A DNA stretch of 61,063 nucleotides from positions 1 through 61,063 of the forward strand of contig CALCWV010000075.1 of the NCBI GenBank assembly GCA_937907645.1, read 5' to 3'. The translations under genes and the position numbers were made by a program. Shown piece by piece: positions 12,101 to 19,474 of this stretch (the stretch's first letter is position 1; every line of letters starts with the position of its first letter). The notes below the pieces were generated by a model, which worked only from the letters and a program-made list of their open reading frames with translations, was not told where the DNA came from and ran no database searches. The DNA is from an uncultured Clostridia bacterium. GTDB lineage: Bacteria; Bacillota; Clostridia; Christensenellales; UBA1242.

Positions 12101-15100
12101 TACCTGTGAATTTGTAATTGTTCCTGCGTTTGACCCCACAATTCCAGCTACATATGAGCTAGCATTTGTGTTTGAGTTAACAAATGTGAGATTTCCGGAA
12201 ACATTAGCGTTTGTGATTGTTCCTGAGTTTCTTGAGGCAACACCACCGAATATAACTGCGTCTGTTGACGAAGACACAATGTTTACTGGTTGCTCATCAC
12301 TTCCAAATACCACTTTTAAGTTCTTGATAATTGAATCTTGGCTTACTTCCGAGAAGATTCCAAGTTCGCTGTCAGCGAGATTGTATGTTCCCCCACTAAA
12401 TATGATGTTCTTTCCATTTCCGTCAAGTGAAGCAAATATTCCGTTGATTGCTCTGTAATCTTCTGGAGTGATAGTAATATCATTGATGAGGATGTAGTGA
12501 GCGTTTGCCCCCATTGACTTCAAGTTGTCGTAGTTAGTGATTGGGTTTGGAGTATCCTCTGCTCCCATGATGTATGTTGCGAAAGTAAACTCTGAAAGAA
12601 GATTCTGCTTTTTTCCTTCTTGATAATCAATTATAGAATAAGTTCCGTCTTCTTCATCTCTTTGATACCCAGCTTTATATGTAAATGAGTAAATCTTGTT
12701 CACATTTGGATCATGCTCAATCTTAACGCTGTATTCTAAATCTCTGAAGTCAAAATATTTGTTTGATATTCTTCCATTCTTTATTTCAATCTTAGTAAAC
12801 TTTGTGTTATCTGAATCCTTTTGATTCCAGTCAACGACTTCGTTTTCATCGTTTTTGAAGTAAACTGTCCATTTCCCGTCCGATGTAGCATTCTGCATGA
12901 ATTCTTTGATCTTATTTAAAACATCTCCATTTGATGAATCGTATTCCAAATATTTTTCAAGGTCAATTGAAAGTTCATTATTTCCACTGATCGCAACCGG
13001 AATTATTCCATCTTGATAATTCTTAACAATGTCTGCTGGAATAAATTCATTCCCATAAGCATCCTTTGTGTTGAAGATATATTCCATAATCTTGACGTTC
13101 GAACTTGATGAAGCTGAAATAACTTTTCCGTCAACATCTGTTCTTGATCCGCTAACGATAAGTTGGAATGTTCCTTCGTTGGCATAATCAATTTCTCTGC
13201 TGATAACCTTGAGATAGTATTTTCCGTTTTCGACTTCAATCTGAGCTAAGCTTGGATTGCTTGTCGTAACTTGAACAGAGCTTTCCTCAAAGCCATTGTT
13301 CACTACTGTAAGGCCATATCTTAATCCTTTAGCGATATAATACTTCTGATCTTCAAGAGTTTTGTCATCGATTGACACATAAATTGTATATTGTGTGTTA
13401 ATTTTATATGTCAAACTCTCAGCATATATCTCGTTTTCGTTGTTTCCAATGAGTCTTACGTTGAGTCTAATATTAGATCCGTCTTTTAAGAATCTTGTGT
13501 ATCCGAACATATATCTAATAAAGAATTGTCCGTCAAAGTTCGAGTTCACTGTAACTAGTTTTTCTTTGCTAATTGAAATGCCTTTTGATGTGTAAATTGC
13601 ACCTGGAACGTTTTTAAAAGCTGCACCATCTTGATACAATATTTCGAATGAACCTGACGTTGAATCATATGCATAATTGCCGTCGGCGTTCTCAATTATA
13701 AATGTCTTAAAGTCTACATCGGCTGGAGCTAATGTCACAGAAATCATTCCATATTGAGAAGGTACAATTTTTTGAGAAGCAATTCTCTCGTTTTGATCTG
13801 CATAGTTTTCAAAGATAACCCCGTCCAGCGACTGATCATCGAGGATTAAAGTAATTTCTTTGTATGCAACATCTGAGTTGCTGCCAGCATAGAATCTAAT
13901 CTTATAAGTTCCGAAAATGTTCTTGGAATATCTGTTTTTATATTCATCCGAACTCTTGTTAATCTTGATTTCCACATTTTTAACAAGAGAATTGCTTATA
14001 GGTGTTATTGTCACAGTGAATAGTTTTTCTGCATTTTCCTGAATATAATCTTCACCTGTAATTGTGTAAAGCAAATTTTCACTCTCGTCATCTGACTCTA
14101 TCGTGATTGTGTCACTTTGAGTTGATCCGCTGTTGATAATGTATGTGTCATACAATGATTTAACTGATTTTGCTCCCTCATAATATTTAAGAGTTAGCTC
14201 GCATGAGTTCGTGTAATTATAACTATATTCCACGCCATCAACTTTTACCAAAAGACTAGATGAAAGTGTTAATTTGTCGGAAGTATCCTTTTTAATTACG
14301 GTCCCAGTTTTACTGATTGTAATTAAATTGCTTGAAATGTCATAAGCTGCATGCTGTGCAAACGTAGTGTCATTTGCTGGAACTATGCTTGTCTTTATTT
14401 CCTCATTTGGAGCAAGCTGGATAGTCATGTTATCAACATAGATTTCGCCGTCCTTTGTGATATCAAAATTGCTTGTCGTATTTAATTCTGTTGATTTTGT
14501 TCTATAGCTTGGTGAAACATTGATAATTAAGTTGTTGTCCGCAACTAAATTTGCAGATGCCACACTTCCCCATCTCACATCACCATATGAGAAGAATGAT
14601 GTGTTTTCCATTACATTATGATTGTAGAAATTCATTATGTAAAGGTAGATGTCCTGTGATTCTCTAGCATTAAGAGAATTATATATTTTTAATTTTGCCA
14701 CGCCTGTTCCACGGATAATAAGATTGTTCATATTGTCCACTGAAACAAGACTGCTTTCTGATTTAATTGTTATATCATTGCTTGTGATTTTGAAAGGTCT
14801 AAGTTTGCTGTCAACGCTAATTGTGTTGAACTTTGCATCCAAAATCTTTTGTGCATTTTGAAGGTTTGCTGAGGTATATTGTCCATTCTCATCCAAATAT
14901 TTCTCAGCTTTGAAGTAGTAAGCTGTAAACATCTTTGGTGCGGTTTCCCCTTCTCCCACTTTCAACTCAACAGACATATCTCCTGTTTTGATTTCAACGA
15001 CTGATGTTGTGTTTCCATCAAACCAATATTGTGCATATTTAAGTTTTAAGGTTGGACTAAATTCTAAGTAGCTTCCATAATGGTCGTCTAATAATCCAGA

Positions 15101-18100
15101 GAACATAAACTCTTCTCCCGATTCAACTTCTACATGCTTTCTTGTTGAATATGATTTGAAAGTAATTCCGTCGCTTACTAATGATTCACTTTTTGCTGTG
15201 TTATTAAATGCGATGAAACTTAATTTTTTATCATTGTCGCTTTCAAAGGTAAAATCTTTTGACTCTGTATATCTTACAACCATTGAAGCTTCGTCGTTCA
15301 AGCTCTCGCCGTCGTCAATTTCTTCGATATCGAGATAAGCTACTTTTTGAAGTTTATCAGCATACGCTAAAACTGCTCCAACCTTATAACCTGAAGCGAA
15401 AGTCCTAACTTTAAAGTTCTGTAAACTACACTCTTCTCCGTCGGTTGAGGATTTCAAAGCCCCAACAATTCCTCCCACATAAGAAGATGAAATGTTAGAA
15501 TGAACTCTTCCACTAACAATTGTTTTTGAAGTTCCGTCGGCTGTGCCAAGGATGTTATTTGTAGACATTCCGACAACAGCTCCTGCATAAACAGTTTTAT
15601 TATAATTTTCTATTGATGAAATTAGTGAAATGTTAGCATATACTAAGTTTCCAAGTAGTCCACTAAGCTGGATTTTCTCACTTTGATCCTCAATCACGCC
15701 TTCATTTTTTCCTGCAAGGCCACCGACATAAATAGCTGTGTTGATCTCTGAAGTTATAAGGAGTTGTCCTTCCATAACAACAGGAATATTTGTCTTCTTT
15801 GTTATATTTGCTTTGTTTAATCCGGCAATTGCTCCGATATATACATCCCCAGTTGTTTTTACTGTAACTCTTGATTGTTGCAAACAAACTGATATGTTAT
15901 TGAGCTCCGCATAGTTTTCACCCGCTAAAAGTCCAATGTATGTTTCGTTTGTGTCCCCCGTTTGGGCCTCGATTGAGCCCTCGAAGATGATATTTTCAAT
16001 TTTAGCTGTTTCACCTAGAATTGCGAATAAACCGTAATAAGCACGTTGTTCAATTACTGTCCCGCTCGTAATCTTAATTCCAGAAATTTTTGCATCTCCT
16101 TCACCTACGATTGAGCCTTCAAACTTACCACCATTTGCTGTGAATGGGAAACGCCCTGCATATGCGGACATATCAATAAGGCTTGTGATCCTATAGTGTG
16201 ACTTCATTGCGGAATCTGAATTTCCAATTGCAAGCACATCTTCTGGTGTTTCCAATTGATATGGATTTTTTTCTGTTCCGCTTTGATATGTAACTTTAAA
16301 ACTCTTAAATCTTGCGCCATCCTTGATTTTCCCATTTGAAACCCATTCTTTTGCGCAGATATATATTGTGCTCTCTGAACTATAATCGTCCTCGCTATCC
16401 AAAACGCCTGAATCAAGTCTAATAGTTACAAGCCATGTCCCGTCTTTAATTTTTTCCTTTACAGGAGTCAAAATTAATGCTCGTTTAGATCCGTCTTTAT
16501 TTTCAATTACAAAGTCGATATCCAAAACAGTGGCACTAAGTGGTGCAGCATTAACTACAAAGCTCTTTTCCATATTATTCTTTGTAAATGAGAACTCTGT
16601 TCCTGACAAAGAAACGTTTACTTGATCTACTGATGTAAATGATTTAATTTCGACGTTAACTGCAAATGCTTTTGTGAGTCCATATTGTCTAATCGTTGCA
16701 TATAGTGTGAAATTGGAATTTGACGCAGTTGGAAGTGCTGCTATTGTCAATGTTCTTGTGTTGAATTGTACAAGTCTATCTATTGTATAAGTTTCACCAT
16801 AAACCATTGTCGAAACTTTTCTGTTCCTGCTGTCATAGATATCTTTGTCTGCTGTCCAATAAACATAAGCATCATTGAATGTTGTTTCATAATATGTTTG
16901 ATTTTCATAAGAGTAGAAATTGAATGCATTTGAGCTTTTAACTTCATAATTGAAAGTCTTTGTTGAAAGGTCTGTGGAAACATCATCTCCTGTGAAAAGA
17001 GTAATTGAGTTTGCAAGTCTTCTGTCAGAGTAAACACTGAACTCCTCAGCAAGCTTGTAGGATTCAATTGTAAGTCTTACTTCCTTTGTTAAATCTTTTA
17101 AAGTAAAGTCTTCAACCTTATATCCGATAATACTGAAATTCACAATCGTTTTTCCATTTGAATTTGTTGTGATTTCATATACTCCTCTGTCGTCTGTTTC
17201 TTTGATAGTTGAAATTGTTCCGTTGGCTGAGAAGCTTATTTCTTTTATAACATCTATTCCATTGTTTGAAGATATCTTAATTCCTGCCTTTTCTCCAAAA
17301 GCATTTTCTTCATATGGATTTCTTATTATGATTGTTGCGTTCTCATCATCGCCTACTGCATTTTGCGTTTTTGTGAAGCTATAAACACTTGTGTTTGCCC
17401 CTTCTCTATTGATATATAAATTATCAAAAGTTTCAACGACTCTTATTGTTGCATTAATTGTTCTTCCGTTGTCTAAACGGATTTCGAATGTGTCGTTCCC
17501 AACTGCGACTGGAGAAATCTTTAATTGCAAGTAACTCTTTTCTCCATCGACCCTCTGTCCAACATATTGAACGCGGGCAACACCTGTGTTTTGCAGAGAT
17601 GTAACTGTTGCTCTTTCAAACACGTGGTCAGCATAAATTCCTTCAAACATAGCATCTCCACCTGTGGTTGAAACGTAAATTCCATAGGACTGATTTGTAG
17701 AGCTATAATTATATTCTTCTTGAGTGAAATTGAGCTCTGTAGCACCTGGCTCAATTGTATATCTGATGCTATATGTTATTTTATCGCTATCATCTCTATC
17801 AAAAGGACTGTTTAATATGAGTGCAATTGTTCCATCGTCTGCAGCTGCTCCCGACTTTCCTCTAACCTGAATAGGCTTTGTTAAATCTGTGATTGAGTTA
17901 CCAGATGATAAAATTGAATTTCCCTGTCTAACATCAATATTTTCTGGGAATGTCAAAGTGCAGTCTGTGTAAGATGAATCCTCAGCATATACTGAGATTT
18001 TTAAATTTTTCCATCCATAATCCCCAACATTGTAGTTGTAGAATTTATAGTTGTTTCCTGAGTCTGTTTCTTCAAGCTCGTTGACTTTGATTGTTTTTGG

Positions 18101-19303
18101 CTTTACATAAATTTCAACGTTGAAATCTTTAGTAGCTGATACAGATTCGTCATCAGTTCCAAAGAAGTTGTTATAATATAAATTAAATTTTACTTTTGCA
18201 GAACCCCTCTTTGCGATCTTGCTTCTAATCGTATAAAAATACTCTTTATAATCTTTTCCACTTTCATTCCTAACATCGTCTAATGCAATTGAAATTTTGG
18301 AAATGTCTTCCGTGCTAATTTCATAGTCAAAGCAGTATTGTGTATCTTCAGATTTTGGAACTTTCACAATAATTTGTGAATAAGTTCTATCCTCTGTTGA
18401 ATATGTAACAAGACTTGCGCCTGTGATTTGTCCTCCTGCGAGAGTTGTAAACTCAAAAGCGTCGTTATCTAAACCTTTAAAGGCATAGAATTTAACTGGC
18501 GAATAAAGTTTATTTGTTGTTCCATTGTCATATTCTGCAATAAAGTAGAATGACTGTGTGTCATAAACACTTTTTGAAAATGTTTTATATTCTCCGTTTT
18601 CCTTTATTTCGCTTTGTGTGAATATCAAAGAGCCTTTGTCTTCAGAAAGCCTGCAGTTTGTAAACTCTAGACATTCAAGTAGAGATTCTGCTCCGTCTTG
18701 CCCAATGAGTTTTGCTCCGTCAGCGTTATATCCCTGATCACTTAAGATACTTGATTCATTTACTGTCCCATTATTTACAAAATAGAATACCATATCTCGT
18801 TCTGTGCTGTTATTTGAGAAATTGAACATAGCAGCGCTTGGAACAAGATCTGTGTTCGGCGAAACAAATACATGTTCATCTTTTAGTGTTATTGAAGAGC
18901 TATACTCTCTAACATTTATTTTTATTTGGGCTGCCTTATTTCCGCCCTCTTTCGTTTTCGCAATAAGAGTTGCCGTTCCGCCGCTCACGCCTTCAACAAC
19001 GACCTCGGTCACACCGCTTCCCTTATATTCTGCTTGAAATTTGATTTTTGCTGTTTCTGATTCTCCAGATGAATATCCAGAATCATCAGTTGATGAGAGG
19101 AAAACCTCGCCGTCGTTTATGTAGTCTTCAACTTTGAAGCTTACTGTAACCTCCTCACCCACCTTGATATTTACTTCTTCATTTGTGCTTGGGACTATTG
19201 AAATATTGTTTGTAGTTTCTCCGCAAGATGTGACAAACACTGCCGCGGTACCTAGTAACACGGACATTGCGCTCATTAAAAGAATCTTGTTTATTTTCTT
19301 CAT
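9158..19303 (-). CDS. Giant surface lipoprotein (3381 aa) with Ig-like domains and three GLUG-repeat beta-helix modules
   Basis: Uninterrupted 10.1-kb ORF with RBS AAAGGGGAAG upstream. Signal peptide MKKINKILLMSAMSVLLGTAAVFVTSC carries the lipobox VTSC. An N-terminal Big_2-like Ig domain ends ...GTATLIAKTKEGGNKAAQIKINV. Three modules each open with NPY/NPI...(Y)xLxNDIdl...F.G.fdGnG and are followed by repeats such as YIGLLAGEN, YIGAIAGLN, YVGGLAGKNEGVI and YVGGIVGAL. Module positions are nt about 16270-15350, 12552-11300 and 11296-9900. Confidence 0.9.
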   Translation of the reverse strand: MKKINKILLMSAMSVLLGTAAVFVTSCGETTNNISIVPSTNEEVNIKVGEEVTVSFKVEDYINDGEVFLSSTDDSGYSSGESETAKIKFQAEYKGSGVTEVVVEGVSGGTATLIAKTKEGGNKAAQIKINVREYSSSITLKDEHVFVSPNTDLVPSAAMFNFSNNSTERDMVFYFVNNGTVNESSILSDQGYNADGAKLIGQDGAESLLECLEFTNCRLSEDKGSLIFTQSEIKENGEYKTFSKSVYDTQSFYFIAEYDNGTTNKLYSPVKFYAFKGLDNDAFEFTTLAGGQITGASLVTYSTEDRTYSQIIVKVPKSEDTQYCFDYEISTEDISKISIALDDVRNESGKDYKEYFYTIRSKIAKRGSAKVKFNLYYNNFFGTDDESVSATKDFNVEIYVKPKTIKVNELEETDSGNNYKFYNYNVGDYGWKNLKISVYAEDSSYTDCTLTFPENIDVRQGNSILSSGNSITDLTKPIQVRGKSGAAADDGTIALILNSPFDRDDSDKITYSIRYTIEPGATELNFTQEEYNYSSTNQSYGIYVSTTGGDAMFEGIYADHVFERATVTSLQNTGVARVQYVGQRVDGEKSYLQLKISPVAVGNDTFEIRLDNGRTINATIRVVETFDNLYINREGANTSVYSFTKTQNAVGDDENATIIIRNPYEENAFGEKAGIKISSNNGIDVIKEISFSANGTISTIKETDDRGVYEITTNSNGKTIVNFSIIGYKVEDFTLKDLTKEVRLTIESYKLAEEFSVYSDRRLANSITLFTGDDVSTDLSTKTFNYEVKSSNAFNFYSYENQTYYETTFNDAYVYWTADKDIYDSRNRKVSTMVYGETYTIDRLVQFNTRTLTIAALPTASNSNFTLYATIRQYGLTKAFAVNVEIKSFTSVDQVNVSLSGTEFSFTKNNMEKSFVVNAAPLSATVLDIDFVIENKDGSKRALILTPVKEKIKDGTWLVTIRLDSGVLDSEDDYSSESTIYICAKEWVSNGKIKDGARFKSFKVTYQSGTEKNPYQLETPEDVLAIGNSDSAMKSHYRITSLIDMSAYAGRFPFTANGGKFEGSIVGEGDAKISGIKITSGTVIEQRAYYGLFAILGETAKIENIIFEGSIEAQTGDTNETYIGLLAGENYAELNNISVCLQQSRVTVKTTGDVYIGAIAGLNKANITKKTNIPVVMEGQLLITSEINTAIYVGGLAGKNEGVIEDQSEKIQLSGLLGNLVYANISLISSIENYNKTVYAGAVVGMSTNNILGTADGTSKTIVSGRVHSNISSSYVGGIVGALKSSTDGEECSLQNFKVRTFASGYKVGAVLAYADKLQKVAYLDIEEIDDGESLNDEASMVVRYTESKDFTFESDNDKKLSFIAFNNTAKSESLVSDGITFKSYSTRKHVEVESGEEFMFSGLLDDHYGSYLEFSPTLKLKYAQYWFDGNTTSVVEIKTGDMSVELKVGEGETAPKMFTAYYFKAEKYLDENGQYTSANLQNAQKILDAKFNTISVDSKLRPFKITSNDITIKSESSLVSVDNMNNLIIRGTGVAKLKIYNSLNARESQDIYLYIMNFYNHNVMENTSFFSYGDVRWGSVASANLVADNNLIINVSPSYRTKSTELNTTSNFDITKDGEIYVDNMTIQLAPNEEIKTSIVPANDTTFAQHAAYDISSNLITISKTGTVIKKDTSDKLTLSSSLLVKVDGVEYSYNYTNSCELTLKYYEGAKSVKSLYDTYIINSGSTQSDTITIESDDESENLLYTITGEDYIQENAEKLFTVTITPISNSLVKNVEIKINKSSDEYKNRYSKNIFGTYKIRFYAGSNSDVAYKEITLILDDQSLDGVIFENYADQNERIASQKIVPSQYGMISVTLAPADVDFKTFIIENADGNYAYDSTSGSFEILYQDGAAFKNVPGAIYTSKGISISKEKLVTVNSNFDGQFFIRYMFGYTRFLKDGSNIRLNVRLIGNNENEIYAESLTYKINTQYTIYVSIDDKTLEDQKYYIAKGLRYGLTVVNNGFEESSVQVTTSNPSLAQIEVENGKYYLKVISREIDYANEGTFQLIVSGSRTDVDGKVISASSSSNVKIMEYIFNTKDAYGNEFIPADIVKNYQDGIIPVAISGNNELSIDLEKYLEYDSSNGDVLNKIKEFMQNATSDGKWTVYFKNDENEVVDWNQKDSDNTKFTKIEIKNGRISNKYFDFRDLEYSVKIEHDPNVNKIYSFTYKAGYQRDEEDGTYSIIDYQEGKKQNLLSEFTFATYIMGAEDTPNPITNYDNLKSMGANAHYILINDITITPEDYRAINGIFASLDGNGKNIIFSGGTYNLADSELGIFSEVSQDSIIKNLKVVFGSDEQPVNIVSSSTDAVIFGGVASRNSGTITNANVSGNLTFVNSNTNASSYVAGIVGSNAGTITNSQVTASIRTNGASLAGLVGQNTKLIASSYFKDGKLENITEQNTNFNTAGLVNMNSENGVIMTSYCSGVVVNTRIYSDAADGSELISNVQVAGAVHTNRGVVRDSYSNIPISTKSSSSGFIYKNSGTVTNCFSTSILDSNKQTNYYFVAETSIEGQGTGTFKNCYYLKDDGINQSLHPLVVKGVNQLKIDEFGNRANFESYAYGDNYNNVWMWVQNIQYPFNDVTLAEGRLELVTANIIASSIRVEDGKEEENGKTTYKYRYEEDVPQPGTMLNPYLVTSADTFLNYMSLGRDGYFRIIKDIDLNDVDITSYKTDFYGIIEGNGMSLTSADITSGKAASSAGLIGSIKTSTSPSANRPQHAGIMNLTLVPEIVNFPNVPIVGSLVGTVENATIENVAVKSSLTDNAGQDTSTVIVSGKNIVGGVVGLVKNKGYVKNITTTVGAKSTFIPSESARASITTGIYNGSNISSVSYAGNAVGYAFATSDQIKIQDVQVYSTSAYAIADRAGFAFGGLSKSVDVKTVTVNVNENMLIKAYSFGGLVVGENAGNLSDIVVTGSGSQSNVFSVQTYIPKGVGGIVGFMIKGFLSDVYMGQSFEIENVSLTNTVDYVGGIIGYSSATETSLTTLERIVMDGDISSRNYLGGIVGYTNTNVEMSNIAVYKHDLKVEGMLAEVYVGGFVGRNAGSVKITNAYSLAKVYVNAFSYSVGISVNVGAIIGSTKGEGENAVTYRIELENIYTITTYEVTIENKSTTAATTQITSFDEENGIGLSGSKVYEGVGVKIDNENGDLFDRNSVTDKKTANVLNFIPTTYENVLNPANGSPTTLLMVRADPAESGVSLTLNQNELGWSVCNWYNKGKTTTQEQRIDPSEDLYYTFAKNVSSSVTLENDIKDIQKYSLVDGKFVGQTQKEEGKDKPVKGSLNAGTYEDVYYDEANKYYYIKSGDDYYRIEESKVSLNPWTTPYDNDNNINGLSTLVFEKTLRMA

Positions 19304-19410
19304 ATTTCTTCCCCTTTACATCATCAAAAGTCTTGTCTGAATGCACCGAAGTTTATTCAATCAAAACAGCTGTTTTTTTTCAAACGGTGACGCCTCAATA
19401 AATACTATGT

Positions 19411-19459
19411 ATGTTATATTAAGCAACTTAAATTCTAGGCAAAATGCACAATATAACAT
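19411..19459 (-). repeat. 10-bp perfect inverted repeat between the ATPase gene and the giant gene
   Basis: ATGTTATATT (19411-19420) and AATATAACAT (19450-19459) are separated by 29 nt. The repeat is AU-rich and has no T-run after it. Confidence 0.4.
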
Positions 19460-19474
19460 CACATAGTTTCTATC

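Noticed and set aside
11895-12458. 187-aa plus-strand ORF, and many similar ones (e.g. 37762..38175, 38371..38772, 41599..41943, 6255..6569), lying antisense inside the giant genes and rpoB
   Set aside because: They lie entirely antisense to long, well-supported genes. They have low-complexity Ser/Pro/Phe/Leu-rich translations, which is what the complement of Gly/Asn/Val/Ile-rich repeat codons produces. They also lack RBSs. They are artefacts of codon composition.
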